A DNA stretch of 64,000 bases, taken from the NCBI GenBank assembly GCA_049317185.1, contig JBMOIS010000010.1:3220-67219 (forward strand). The letters are read 5' to 3'. Below the pieces are notes generated by a model that saw only the letters and a program-made list of their open reading frames with translations, had not been told where the DNA came from and made no database searches. The stretch's first letter is position 1. Each line of letters starts with the position of its first letter. Made by a program: the position numbers and the translations under genes. Below are positions 39,513 through 49,752 of the stretch, in pieces. The stretch is from Chlorobium sp. (GTDB lineage: Bacteria > Bacteroidota > Chlorobiia > Chlorobiales > Chlorobiaceae).

Positions 39513-41927
39513 ATGAAAAAAGAGAGCAAAGGCACCCAGGGAAAGGCGCTTGACATTAAGGCGTTGAAAAAAGAGTTGATTGGCATGATGCTTATGCTGG
39601 CATCTCTTTTTCTGATCAGCTCCATTCTGTGTTTCAATCCTGATGATGAAGCAAGTTATGGCGCTCTTGCCTGGTACGATATTTTCAGTAATGCTGCACG
39701 GGATGCTGCAGAAAGCATTCACAATCCATTCGGACTTCTGGGCGCAAGGCTTTCGACCTTTTTTATCCGCTCTGTTCTTGGCTATCCCATAATTTTTCCG
39801 ATGACCTCATTTTTTTTATGGGGTATTTCGCTCATAAGGGGAAAAAGTCTTAAACCGGCCCTTCTTTTTTTTCTGTACAGTCTTTTTATTACCATTGATG
39901 TTGCAGCCATGTTTGGTCTTACCTCTGCATCATTCAGTGATGTTATGGCAGGAGCAATCGGAAGAATGCTTGCCGCCTTGTTGGCTACCGTTATCGGTTT
40001 TTCCGGTGCGTGGATTCTTCTTGGCGTTATCGTTGTTGTTCTGACCTTTTATATGGGACGGGGAATGCTCGCAAGCCTCACGCATTCAACAATGGTTATC
40101 CAGAAGAGTATCGGCAGGCAGTTTGGTGATTTCAGGGCAAAACGTGAAGAGTCACGAAAAAAAAAAGCCGAACAGCGAGCGTTGAAAAAGGAAAAAAAAC
40201 GGAAGGTTGAGCGTAAAGAGCGGGTGCAAAAGCCGCATTCATTGAAATTCGACAAACAGGTTTCATCCGCCTCCTCACTGGAAGAGCAGTTTTTACCATC
40301 AGACGTTGCTGTGCCGGAGCTCTCACCTGCCGATTTCACTGGTTTGGCGCAGATGCCGAATGTTCCCGGAGAACCTGAAATGATTATTCATACGGGTGTT
40401 CGTGAGAAAGAGGCTGATCTTGATGAGCGAAAGCTTAAAGTGCAAACCAAGGACAGGGAGGCTTACCGTTTTCCTTCAATTGACCTTCTGGAAAAGGTGC
40501 CAGATGATGACGACCAGATTGATGAACAACATCTTTCTGAAAGTAAACGTAAACTGCTTGAAAAACTCAAGATCTACAAAATTGAGGTCAAGAGAATTTC
40601 CACGACGGTCGGACCGCGGGTGACCTTGTTTGAAATGGAGCTTGAACCGGATGTGAAGGTGAGCAGGGTTAAATCTCTTGAAAATGATCTTGCCATGGCG
40701 CTCTCTGCCAGGGGAATCCGCATTATTGCGCCTATTCCCGGAAAGAATGCGGTGGGGGTGGAAATTCCCAACAGCAAGCCGAAAACCGTCTGGTTGCGAT
40801 CGGTACTGCAAGTTGAAAAATTCAAGAACAGCACCATGATTCTGCCGATTGTACTCGGCAAAACCATAGCGAACGAAGTCTATATTGCTGATCTGGCCAC
40901 GATGCCTCATTTGTTGATAGCCGGAGCTACTGGCGCTGGAAAGTCGGTATGCATCAACGTCATCATCGCAAGCCTCCTCTATGCGTGCAGCCCCGACAAG
41001 GTGAAATTTGTGATGATTGATCCAAAAAGGGTTGAGCTTTTTCAGTATCAGCATCTGAAAAACCATTTTCTCATGCGTTTTCCCGGTATTGAAGAGCAAA
41101 TTATCACCGATCCCCAGAAAGCGGTCTATGCGCTGCGCTGCGTCGTCAAGGAGATGGAGCTTCGTTATGAAACACTTGAAAAAGCAGGAGTTCGTAATAT
41201 TGGAGATCATAACCGCAGGATTCCCGAGGAGGCGATGCCATACCTTGTTGTGGTTATCGACGAACTTGCCGATCTCATGATTACAGCAGGAAGAGAGGTT
41301 GAAGAGCCGATCATCAGGATTGCCCAGCTTGCCCGAGCCGTTGGTATTCACCTGATTGTGGCGACCCAGCGTCCTTCGGTCGATGTCATTACCGGCATAA
41401 TCAAGGCGAACTTTCCTGCCCGTATCGCATTTCAGGTTGCAAGCAGGGTTGATTCACGAACCATTCTTGATGGTTCAGGTGCCGAACAGCTTCTCGGTAA
41501 CGGCGACATGCTCTATCAGCCATCCAATCAGCCCAAGTCGATGCGTATTCAGGGGCCTTATGTCTCTTCGGGTGAAGTTGAAGAGATTACCTCCTTTATT
41601 GGTTCCCAGCATGCCCTGAAGAATATCTACGTGCTTCCCGCTCCGGATGCACAGAAAAACAACGGTATGCAGGTGTCAAGCTCCCAGGAAAAAGAGGGGC
41701 GTGACAGTATGTTCGAGGAGGCAGCAAGACTTGTGGTGACGCATCAGCAAGCCAGTGTTTCGCTGCTGCAACGGCGCCTGCGGCTGGGATTCAGCCGTGC
41801 AGGAAGGGTTATGGATCAGCTCCAGTTCAGCGGGATTGTGGGTGAGGCAGATGGCAGCAGAGCAAGGGAAGTCCTCATTAATAATGAAGACTCCCTGGAA
41901 CTGTTATTGAGAAATCTTGACGGATGA
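39513..41927 (+). CDS. ftsK: DNA translocase FtsK
   Basis: N-terminal TM segments, PHLLIAGATGAGKS, DELADLM, ATQRPSVDV, gamma domain SLLQRRLRLGFSRAGR. Confidence 0.97.
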   Translation: MKKESKGTQGKALDIKALKKELIGMMLMLASLFLISSILCFNPDDEASYGALAWYDIFSNAARDAAESIHNPFGLLGARLSTFFIRSVLGYPIIFPMTSFFLWGISLIRGKSLKPALLFFLYSLFITIDVAAMFGLTSASFSDVMAGAIGRMLAALLATVIGFSGAWILLGVIVVVLTFYMGRGMLASLTHSTMVIQKSIGRQFGDFRAKREESRKKKAEQRALKKEKKRKVERKERVQKPHSLKFDKQVSSASSLEEQFLPSDVAVPELSPADFTGLAQMPNVPGEPEMIIHTGVREKEADLDERKLKVQTKDREAYRFPSIDLLEKVPDDDDQIDEQHLSESKRKLLEKLKIYKIEVKRISTTVGPRVTLFEMELEPDVKVSRVKSLENDLAMALSARGIRIIAPIPGKNAVGVEIPNSKPKTVWLRSVLQVEKFKNSTMILPIVLGKTIANEVYIADLATMPHLLIAGATGAGKSVCINVIIASLLYACSPDKVKFVMIDPKRVELFQYQHLKNHFLMRFPGIEEQIITDPQKAVYALRCVVKEMELRYETLEKAGVRNIGDHNRRIPEEAMPYLVVVIDELADLMITAGREVEEPIIRIAQLARAVGIHLIVATQRPSVDVITGIIKANFPARIAFQVASRVDSRTILDGSGAEQLLGNGDMLYQPSNQPKSMRIQGPYVSSGEVEEITSFIGSQHALKNIYVLPAPDAQKNNGMQVSSSQEKEGRDSMFEEAARLVVTHQQASVSLLQRRLRLGFSRAGRVMDQLQFSGIVGEADGSRAREVLINNEDSLELLLRNLDG

Positions 41928-41932
41928 GCGAG

Positions 41933-42193
41933 TTATACTGACTCAACGCGAACAATTTCCGGAATTGCTTTTTTGATAGCCTGTTCAACGCCTGCCCGCA
42001 GGGTGAGGGTACTCATGGGGCATGAACCGCATGCGCCAAGCAGTTTTACATCAACGACCATATCTTTGGAAATGCCGACAAGCTGACAGTCTCCTCCGTC
42101 AACTTGAAGGTAAGGACGTACGGTTTCAAGGGCGGCAATAACCCTGTCGTAGAGCGCATCGCTGTTCGGCAGATAATCCTTGCTGGTGCTCAT
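41933..42193 (-). CDS. NifU/NfuA C-terminal domain Fe-S carrier
   Basis: VRPYLQVDGGD, LGACGSCPMS. Confidence 0.93.
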   Translation of the reverse strand: MSTSKDYLPNSDALYDRVIAALETVRPYLQVDGGDCQLVGISKDMVVDVKLLGACGSCPMSTLTLRAGVEQAIKKAIPEIVRVESV

Positions 42194-42287
42194 GGTATAA
42201 TTGGTTTACAATGGTTGAAAATAATGATTGATTCCTGAGTGACAGAACTTAATATCAGACCTCCTGCGCAAAATAACAATATGAAAG

Positions 42288-43199
42288 TTATGATAGTTCC
42301 GCTGCTTGCCTTGCATTCGTTATTGAAACCTGTCGGGCAACCTCTGTTGCGGCCTGTTTGATAGCTTTTGAGGTTGCTGAATCGGGCTTGCTCAGCATAC
42401 AGGGGACTCCGTTATCACCGCCTTCGCGGATAGCCCTGTCGATCGGGATTGAGCCGAGGAATGCGACACCCTGGGTTCTTGCAAAGATCTCCCCGCCCTG
42501 GTTCCCGAAAATATAGTCTTTGGTGCCATCAGGAAGTTCGTAATAGCTCATGTTTTCGACCAGTCCAAGAATGGGGACATTGACTTTGCGGAACATGCCG
42601 AGCGCTTTTGAAACATCGGCAATGGCAACATCCTGTGGAGTGGTGACAATAACAGCACCGGTCAAAGGAATGGTTTGGGCGATGGTGAGCTGAATATCGC
42701 CGGTACCAGGTGGAAGGTCAAAAATCAGGTAATCGAGTTCTTGCCAATCGACATCACTGATAAACTGTTTGATGGCACTGGATGCCATGGGGCCTCTCCA
42801 GATTACGGCGGTATCAATGTCAATCAGAAACCCGATGGACATCAGTTTAACGCCGAACTTTTCCAGAGGGACAAGATATTTTTCCACGACTTCCGGCTTG
42901 GCATCAAGAAGTCCAAACATGGTTGGAATACTCGGTCCGTAAAGATCGGCATCAATCAAGCCAACTTTTGCGCCTGTTTCGGCAAGGCTGATGGCAAGAT
43001 TGACGGCAAAGGTCGATTTTCCCACTCCGCCTTTTCCTGAGGCGACGGCAATGATATTTTTTACCTGTTGCAGTGGTCGCTCATGATGGGTACATGATTC
43101 ACCATGCTCGTGATGATGGCTGCACGATGAGTGTGCAGCGCCATTGCCTTGATTATGGTTACAGGATGAATTGGTTGATTCATCATGGAGAGTAGACAT
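42288..43199 (-). CDS. mrp: Mrp/NBP35 (ApbC) Fe-S cluster carrier ATPase
   Basis: SGKGGVGKST, DADLYGPS, WRGPM, DLPPGTGD, VTTPQ, ENMS. Confidence 0.93.
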   Translation of the reverse strand: MSTLHDESTNSSCNHNQGNGAAHSSCSHHHEHGESCTHHERPLQQVKNIIAVASGKGGVGKSTFAVNLAISLAETGAKVGLIDADLYGPSIPTMFGLLDAKPEVVEKYLVPLEKFGVKLMSIGFLIDIDTAVIWRGPMASSAIKQFISDVDWQELDYLIFDLPPGTGDIQLTIAQTIPLTGAVIVTTPQDVAIADVSKALGMFRKVNVPILGLVENMSYYELPDGTKDYIFGNQGGEIFARTQGVAFLGSIPIDRAIREGGDNGVPCMLSKPDSATSKAIKQAATEVARQVSITNARQAAELS

Positions 43200-43263
43200 T
43201 GAGAGATAATGTTTAATTGTTGCAGAAAAAATATTGGATTGTAATTGTATTCAATGAAAGCCT

Positions 43264-44577
43264 CTACTTTTGAAGGAAACGCATTGATATGGGAACTCCA
43301 TCCAGAGTGAAGTGTTCGCGCAGCTTTTTTTCCAGAAACTTCCTGAAATTGCTCTGTACCAGCAGTGGATCATTACAGAAAAAAGCGAAGACCGGCCATG
43401 CGGCATTGATTTGTGTGACGTACTTGATCTTCAGCTCTTTGCCCGATTTTGTAGAGGCGTGCGTTTGTGAAAGCGCCTCTTCAAGAAATTTATTGAGCAC
43501 ACTGGTGCTGATTTTGCGGGCGCGGTTGCGACTGATCTCCTGTGCCATGTCGATTGCCCGGTAAAGGTTCTTTTTGGTCAAGGCGGAAATAAAAACGACA
43601 GGAACATAAGCGAGGTTGCCCATGCTCATCCTCAAATTCTCCTCGTATATTTTGCTGGTTTTAGAATCCTTTTCAATCAGATCCCATTTGTTGATCAACA
43701 GCAGCGCCCCCTTTTTGCGCTCAACGGCCATATTGATAATTCTCATATCCTGCTTTTCTATGCCAGGCGCTGCATCAAGCATCACCAGCGCAACATCGCA
43801 TCGTTCAATGGCCTTTTCACTTCTCAATGAGCTGTAGTATTCGATACCGGCATCAATTTTTGTCCGTTTTCGCAGTCCGGCGGTATCAATCAGGGTGAAC
43901 TCCTGCTGTTTGCGGATAAATCGGCTGTCGATAGCGTCGCGGGTAGTTCCTGGTATGTTCGACACTATGAGACGGTTGGAGCCAAGCAGGGCATTGACAA
44001 AACTTGATTTTCCGACATTTGGCCGTCCAAGTACAGCAAGCTGGATAGCAGCGTCCTCTGTAACTGGCTCCTTCTCCGTTTCAGGCAGTGACTCAAGAAT
44101 GTCATCAAGCATATCGGCCACACCGCTGCCATCTCTTGCAGAGAGGAAGTAGGGTTTCGTAAATCCGGTGCTGATAAACGATTCAGCATCAAGAGTCAGT
44201 TGTGGTGATTCAACTTTGTTGACCGCAAAGAAGAGCTGCTTGTGATGGAAAGTGCGCTGCAAGAGTCTTCCGAGTTCAAGATCATCGTAAGAGAGGCCTG
44301 CACGCACATCGGTCAAAAAGATGATAATGTCGGCATCGCGGATGGCCATCAGTGTCTGCTCAAGCATTGCCATGCTGATGATGTCGCCATCGGCGTTGTA
44401 GCCTCCAGTATCCATCAGGAGAAACTGTTTGCCCTGCCATTCGCCCTCGGCGATGTGCCGGTCTCTGGTAACCCCGGGTGTTGGGTCGACAATGGCGCTT
44501 CGCTGGCGCAAGATTCGGTTGAAAAGGGTAGATTTTCCGACGTTTGGTCGGCCCACCAGAGCAATTAAAGGCTTCAT
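43264..44577 (-). CDS. der: Ribosome biogenesis GTPase Der
   Basis: Two tandem G domains (GRPNVGKS twice; DTGG and DTAG; NKVE and NKWD) plus a KH-like C-terminus. Confidence 0.97.
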   Translation of the reverse strand: MKPLIALVGRPNVGKSTLFNRILRQRSAIVDPTPGVTRDRHIAEGEWQGKQFLLMDTGGYNADGDIISMAMLEQTLMAIRDADIIIFLTDVRAGLSYDDLELGRLLQRTFHHKQLFFAVNKVESPQLTLDAESFISTGFTKPYFLSARDGSGVADMLDDILESLPETEKEPVTEDAAIQLAVLGRPNVGKSSFVNALLGSNRLIVSNIPGTTRDAIDSRFIRKQQEFTLIDTAGLRKRTKIDAGIEYYSSLRSEKAIERCDVALVMLDAAPGIEKQDMRIINMAVERKKGALLLINKWDLIEKDSKTSKIYEENLRMSMGNLAYVPVVFISALTKKNLYRAIDMAQEISRNRARKISTSVLNKFLEEALSQTHASTKSGKELKIKYVTQINAAWPVFAFFCNDPLLVQSNFRKFLEKKLREHFTLDGVPISMRFLQK

Positions 44578-44660
44578 AAGAACAGGTTGCGGTCTTGATA
44601 AAAAAGTTGATACAGGCTCTTTCCAGAATTCCTGTTGAGATATAATGTATAATTTGTAGA

Positions 44661-44716
44661 ATTAACTGGAATAATTTACATTGCTGAACTTTATTTTTCG
44701 GAAAAGTCCAGTTAAT
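44661..44716 (+). promoter_or_regulatory. Candidate structured 5' leader of rplM-rpsI
   Basis: Perfect 10-bp inverted repeat ATTAACTGGA (44661-44670) / TCCAGTTAAT (44707-44716), downstream of tandem TATAAT (44641, 44648) and 13 nt before the rplM ATG. Confidence 0.45.
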
Positions 44717-44729
44717 CTATAGTAAGAGC

Positions 44730-45179
44730 ATGAGCAAGACGTTAAGTTTTAAAACATATTCGGCAAAACCTGCAGATGTTGACCGCAAGTGGTATGTTGT
44801 TGATGCCGAAGGTCAGGTGTTGGGCAGGATGGCCTCTGAAATTGCAAAAGTGCTGAGGGGCAAGCACAAGCCGCAGTTCACGCCACATATCGATACTGGT
44901 GATTTTATTGTGGTAACCAATGCTGAAAAAGTTGCGCTCAGTGGTAAAAAGGAAGAGCAGAAGAGCTATTTTTCGCACTCCCATTATCCTGGTGGTGTCA
45001 AGGTTGATCATGTCAAGGATCTTCTAAAGAAAAAGCCGGAAAGGATTGTAGAAAATGCTGTCTGGGGCATGTTGCCGCACAACAATCTTGGCCGTCAGCT
45101 TTTCAGAAAACTCAAGGTTTATGCAGGCGCTGAGCATCCGCATGCTTCGCAGTCTCCTGTTGAAATGAAAGTAAACTAA
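44730..45179 (+). CDS. rplM: 50S ribosomal protein L13
   Basis: [27 protein letters not shown]. Confidence 0.99.
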   Translation: MSKTLSFKTYSAKPADVDRKWYVVDAEGQVLGRMASEIAKVLRGKHKPQFTPHIDTGDFIVVTNAEKVALSGKKEEQKSYFSHSHYPGGVKVDHVKDLLKKKPERIVENAVWGMLPHNNLGRQLFRKLKVYAGAEHPHASQSPVEMKVN

Positions 45180-45196
45180 ATATTAACTCATAGGGA

Positions 45197-45586
45197 ATGA
45201 AAGAGGTTATTGACACAGTAGGTCGCCGTAAAACCTCGGTGGCTCGAGCTTTTATGACTCCGGGAAAAGGCCGGGTTATTATTAACAAGCTGCCGGTCGA
45301 AGAGTATTTCAAAGATGAATTCAAACGCCAGCAAGCGCTCAGGCCTCTCGTAATTACCGAAAAAACGGAAGAGTTTGATATCAAGGTTAACGTTCAGGGT
45401 GGTGGTGTCAGCGGCCAGTCCGGGGCTGTAAGCCTTGCTATTGCCCGTGCTCTTACCGAGTTTGATGAAGCGGCTCGCGCCATACTAAAAACAGAGAAAC
45501 TTCTTACCAGAGATCCCCGTATGGTTGAGCGGAAAAAATTTGGACGGAAAAAAGCCCGCAAACGTTTCCAGTTCTCAAAACGTTAA
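45197..45586 (+). CDS. rpsI: 30S ribosomal protein S9
   Basis: [31 protein letters not shown]. Confidence 0.99.
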   Translation: MKEVIDTVGRRKTSVARAFMTPGKGRVIINKLPVEEYFKDEFKRQQALRPLVITEKTEEFDIKVNVQGGGVSGQSGAVSLAIARALTEFDEAARAILKTEKLLTRDPRMVERKKFGRKKARKRFQFSKR

Positions 45587-45620
45587 TCTCGTGCTCTATC
45601 GTTTTATTATACAATTTCAG

Positions 45621-45735
45621 AACACAACTTCGCATATCATGCCATTCTGAAAACCATTCAGATGAAGCTTTTCGGAAGTGTCCAGCGTCCTGCGCTGGAT
45701 ACCGGAAAGTATGGGTTTGATAGAGGAACAACTAA
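45621..45735 (+). promoter_or_regulatory. Probable rpsB 5' leader (S2 autoregulatory RNA)
   Basis: ACAC near 45622, GC-rich hairpin TCCAGCG-TCCTG-CGCTGGA (45681-45699) with outer pairing, and GAGGAACAAC near 45723. This layout resembles known rpsB leaders. Confidence 0.55.
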
Positions 45736-45752
45736 ATTACAAGAAAGTAGCT

Positions 45753-46520
45753 ATGTCACATTTCCAGCTTGAAGAGATGCTCCACGCAGGAGTCCACTTC
45801 GGTCACCTTGCACGTCGCTGGTGTCCGAAAATGAGACCGTACATTTTCATGGAGAAAAACGGTGTTCACATTATTGATTTGCAAAAAACTGTTGTTCTTG
45901 CTGATGAGGCTCTCAAGGCACTTGATGCCATTGCCCAGACTGGCAGGGAGATCATGTTTGTCGGCACAAAAAAACAGGCCAAACATATTATTGCCGAGCA
46001 GGCAGAACGTGCAGATATGCCTTATGTTTGTGAGCGTTGGCTGGGTGGTATGCTGACCAACTTCCAGACTATCCGTCAGAGCATCAGACGCATGAACTCC
46101 ATCGACAGGATGGCCACTGATGGCACTTATGATATGATTACCAAGAAAGAGCGACTCATGCTTGGACGTGAAAAGGAAAAGCTCATGAGGATCCTCGGCG
46201 GTATTGCTACGATGACAAGACTTCCTGCCGCACTTTTTATTGTTGATATCAAGAAAGAGCATATCGCCATCAAGGAAGCTCGTACACTCGGTATTCCCAT
46301 TATTGCCATGGTCGATACCAACTGCGATCCTGAACTGGTTGATTATGTGATTCCGGCAAATGACGATGCTATCCGCTCCATTCAGCTTATGGTCAAGGCA
46401 GTTGCTGATATCATTATCAAGGCACGTGAGCTTAAGGTTGAAAATGAGGTGCTGGCCGAGATGGATGAAGTAGTCGTTGACGTGGATGTCGATGGTGAAA
46501 AGGAAGAAATCAGCGAATAA
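45753..46520 (+). CDS. rpsB: 30S ribosomal protein S2
   Basis: [36 protein letters not shown]. The start is the ATG at 45753. Confidence 0.99.
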   Translation: MSHFQLEEMLHAGVHFGHLARRWCPKMRPYIFMEKNGVHIIDLQKTVVLADEALKALDAIAQTGREIMFVGTKKQAKHIIAEQAERADMPYVCERWLGGMLTNFQTIRQSIRRMNSIDRMATDGTYDMITKKERLMLGREKEKLMRILGGIATMTRLPAALFIVDIKKEHIAIKEARTLGIPIIAMVDTNCDPELVDYVIPANDDAIRSIQLMVKAVADIIIKARELKVENEVLAEMDEVVVDVDVDGEKEEISE

Positions 46521-46561
46521 TCAGCGTTTATAATCAATAAGAGTAAAATAGTAAAAGTTAC

Positions 46562-47428
46562 ATGAGCCAGACTTCAGCAAAAGATGTAAAAAATCTTCGT
46601 GATATAACAGGTGCAGGGATGATGGACTGCAAAAAAGCCCTTGATGAAACGGGAGGGGATGTACAGCAGGCTATCGATTATCTGCGCAAGAAAGGTGCCG
46701 CACTGGCAGCGAAACGTGCGGACAGGGATGCCCGTGAGGGGATGGTCAGTATCAAGTTGACACAGGATCACAAAAGTGGCGTTATGCTTGAACTGAACTG
46801 TGAAACTGATTTTGTTGCGCGAGGTGAAGACTTTACCGCGTTCACAGCAGCGCTAGGTGACCTTGCTCTTGCAAACTCCAGCACATCACCCGAAGCTCTT
46901 TTACCGTTAACGCTTGGCGAGGCATACGGTGGCGAAACCGTAGACGATGCCATGAAAACCATGACCGGCAAGCTTGGTGAAAAGATCAACCTCAAGCGAC
47001 TTGCTTTTTACAATGCTCCGGACGGCCTTGTTGAGGGCTATATCCATCCAGGGGCTAAACTTGGTACCATCATTCAGATTGATACCGACAAACCTGACAG
47101 TGTGCGGGAGCTGGCCAAAGATCTTGCCATGCAGATTGCTGCCGCCTCTCCGATTGTTGTTGACCGCTCCTTTGTTCCTGCTGATTACATTGCCAAAGAG
47201 TCCGAAATCTATCGCCAGCAGGCTCTCGAACAGGGCAAGAAAGAGGCGTTTGTTGACAAGATTGTTACTGGAAGACTTGAAAAGTATTACCAGGATGTTG
47301 TGCTCAGTGAGCAATCCTTCATTAAGGATGATAAAATAAAAGTATCTGAAGTGCTCAGCGAATTCCGAAAAAAGCATCAGGCAACGGTCGATGTGATTGG
47401 ATTTGTTCGCTACCAGTTGGGAGAATAA
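46562..47428 (+). CDS. tsf: Elongation factor Ts
   Basis: [26 protein letters not shown]. Confidence 0.99.
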   Translation: MSQTSAKDVKNLRDITGAGMMDCKKALDETGGDVQQAIDYLRKKGAALAAKRADRDAREGMVSIKLTQDHKSGVMLELNCETDFVARGEDFTAFTAALGDLALANSSTSPEALLPLTLGEAYGGETVDDAMKTMTGKLGEKINLKRLAFYNAPDGLVEGYIHPGAKLGTIIQIDTDKPDSVRELAKDLAMQIAAASPIVVDRSFVPADYIAKESEIYRQQALEQGKKEAFVDKIVTGRLEKYYQDVVLSEQSFIKDDKIKVSEVLSEFRKKHQATVDVIGFVRYQLGE

Positions 47429-47429
47429 A

Positions 47430-47462
47430 AAAAAAAGCCTCGTCGTTCGAGGCTTTTTTTTT
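47430..47462 (+). terminator. Intrinsic terminator after tsf
   Basis: A-tract-GCCTCG-TCGTT-CGAGGC-T9. Confidence 0.85.
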
Positions 47463-47516
47463 GAATAAATTTGCAGAAACTGTTTTTATTAACTTTTTTT
47501 TCCGGAGGGTAAGGAT

Positions 47517-48236
47517 ATGCTCCAATACAAGCGCATTCTGCTGAAATTGAGTGGTGAAGCACTTGCCGGAGAGGATGGATACGGCATTAATCCCGATATG
47601 CTGGACCGTTATGCTGAGGAGATCAGGGAGGCTCGCGATATGGGCGCTCAAATTGCCATTGTTATCGGTGGCGGAAATATCTTTCGCGGGATGTCTGAGG
47701 CCGCAGCAAAAATGGATCGTGTTCAGGCAGACTATATGGGCATGCTGGCAACGGTGATTAATTCATTGGCTTTTCAGGATGCCCTTGAGCGCAAGGGGGT
47801 CTTTACCCGTCTTCAGACGGCAATAAAAATGGAGCAGATGGCTGAGCCGTTTATCCGGCGCAGGGCTGTCCGACATCTTGAAAAAGGCCGAGTTGTTATT
47901 TTTGGGGCAGGTACAGGAAATCCCTATTTTACGACAGACACTGCCGCCTCGTTGAGGGCAATAGAGATTGAGGCTGATATTATTGTCAAAGGCACCAGGG
48001 TTGATGGAGTCTACGATTCTGATCCCGAAAAAAATTCAAATGCACAATTTTTTCCGGATATAACATATTTTGATGTGATTCGGAAAAACCTTCGGGTTAT
48101 GGATATGACAGCTATCACCCTTTGCTGTGAAAATGCGTTGCCCATTGTTGTCATGAACATGAACCAAAAAGGTAATTTAACCAGATTGTTGCGAGGTGAA
48201 AAAATCGGATCACTGGTTCATGCAGATCCCTCCTGA
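47517..48236 (+). CDS. pyrH: UMP kinase
   Basis: [35 protein letters not shown]. Confidence 0.98.
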   Translation: MLQYKRILLKLSGEALAGEDGYGINPDMLDRYAEEIREARDMGAQIAIVIGGGNIFRGMSEAAAKMDRVQADYMGMLATVINSLAFQDALERKGVFTRLQTAIKMEQMAEPFIRRRAVRHLEKGRVVIFGAGTGNPYFTTDTAASLRAIEIEADIIVKGTRVDGVYDSDPEKNSNAQFFPDITYFDVIRKNLRVMDMTAITLCCENALPIVVMNMNQKGNLTRLLRGEKIGSLVHADPS

Positions 48237-48718
48237 CAGGGCTCTTCATCATCCGGGCCAGACTGAAAAAAACGACTGAGCACCAATTGAATCTCCTGCC
48301 ATTCAAAACCACGGTTATGCAGGAAAATTTCGAGCTTTTTTTTCTTCTCAGTGTTGCTCGCGCCATGTAGTGAGCCGATTTTCTTTTCGGCTGCCTGCAT
48401 GCAAAGCTCTTCACTGTGATACTCTTTGATGAGCTGTTCGATGATCTCATCTGGAATACCCCTTTTTCGGAGTTCTGCCCGCATTCTGATTTTTCCGGCG
48501 GGTCTCTGCCTCGATTTGCTTCTGATCAACTCCATACTGAACATTTTGTCGTCCAGAGTTCCCTGTTTTGTCAGCTTCTCCAGTACCGGTTCGATACTCT
48601 CCGTGGTGTATCCTTTTTTAAGAAGTTTTCTTTCAAGTTCCTTGCGGCTGTGATTGCGCAGGCCAAGGAGTTTGAGGGCAAATGCCATGGCGTGGGAGGA
48701 ATTGTTTTCAAGCATCAT
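48218..48718 (-). CDS. recX: Regulatory protein RecX
   Basis: [33 protein letters not shown]. Confidence 0.9.
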   Translation of the reverse strand: MMLENNSSHAMAFALKLLGLRNHSRKELERKLLKKGYTTESIEPVLEKLTKQGTLDDKMFSMELIRSKSRQRPAGKIRMRAELRKRGIPDEIIEQLIKEYHSEELCMQAAEKKIGSLHGASNTEKKKKLEIFLHNRGFEWQEIQLVLSRFFQSGPDDEEPCQEGSA

Positions 48719-48990
48719 CAGCAGGATAGAGTGCTCATTAAAAAAGAAAAACTTTCAGAACCAAAAATCATTTCCAGATTTTATACGTCATAAGGTAACG
48801 CTCAGAAGATATCTGATCAAATATAGAGTTTGCAATGTATCACTATTGCCAGTAATTTCAACTCTGCCGACAGCTCTCTATCCTCGAAGCTTTTTCTCTC
48901 TCTTCATTTTTACTATATTCCATCCTTTTAAATGAACGTGCCGGCTTTATACCGGGATGTTAGTATATTTTCAGCCAAGCTTAATAGAAG

Positions 48991-49464
48991 ATGCCGCGTT
49001 ATACCCCAGAACAGCTTGCCAAACGAAACGCATCAGTCTGGACCGATATTCAGATTATACTTGCGCCGATACAGTTTCTCTTTTTTATTGCAGGGTTGAC
49101 CATTACGGTGCTCTACGCCAATGATCTTTTTGTCACCAGTTTTTACTGGGTCAGTCTGGCCATTCTGTTCAAGACACTGTTTTTTGCTCTTCTTTTCATT
49201 ACAGGGATGTTTTTTGAAAAAGAGGTTTTTGATCAATGGGTTTATTCTAAAGAGTTTTTCTGGGAAGATGTTGGAAGCACTGTCGCGGCTTCATTTCATC
49301 TGCTTTACTTTTTTTTGGCCTTGTTCAAAGCTCCACAGGAGGTGTTGATTTGGGATGCTTATCTGGCTTATTTTACTTATGTGATTAATGCGCTGCAGTA
49401 TCTGGTCAGAATTATTCTTGAAAAACTCAATGAACGCAACCTCAGGATTGAGGGTCAGTTATGA
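48991..49464 (+). CDS. bchF: 3-vinyl (bacterio)chlorophyllide hydratase, BchF/BchV family (position suggests the BchV paralogue)
   Basis: [18 protein letters not shown]...[21 protein letters not shown], multi-TM. Confidence 0.88.
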   Translation: MPRYTPEQLAKRNASVWTDIQIILAPIQFLFFIAGLTITVLYANDLFVTSFYWVSLAILFKTLFFALLFITGMFFEKEVFDQWVYSKEFFWEDVGSTVAASFHLLYFFLALFKAPQEVLIWDAYLAYFTYVINALQYLVRIILEKLNERNLRIEGQL

Positions 49465-49679
49465 AATACAGTTTTAAAAGACTTTGGAATACAGCGTTTC
49501 TGTTTGTTGGGCCAGCGTGGTATCTGCTTGTCTGGATGATTTGGTCGTCCGGCCAGTTGCTGACTATCGGTGACAAGGTTACGTTTCTTGGTATAGTGAT
49601 TCCTGGTTTTCTCATTATCTACAGCGCCGGATTTCTTATTGAAGGTTGGCATGAAAAGAAGAAAAAAGCGAACGCCTGA
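49461..49679 (+). CDS. Small two-TM membrane protein of unknown function
   Basis: ATGA overlap with the bchF-family stop, two hydrophobic helices and a basic C-terminus (HEKKKK). Confidence 0.75.
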   Translation: MKYSFKRLWNTAFLFVGPAWYLLVWMIWSSGQLLTIGDKVTFLGIVIPGFLIIYSAGFLIEGWHEKKKKANA

Positions 49680-49752
49680 GCCAGGCCCTTCTTGCATGTC
49701 CTAATATTAACAATACACGCTGGTTTCCGGCGTCAGAAGAATATAATTACCT

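Noticed and set aside
40476-41351. 291-aa minus-strand ORF
   Set aside because: It is the antisense shadow of ftsK. The same applies to the long ORFs opposite uvrB (32186-32839), valS (23527-24288), relA (34419-35087), gcvT (38975-39637) and the GlmU-like gene (11541-12227).
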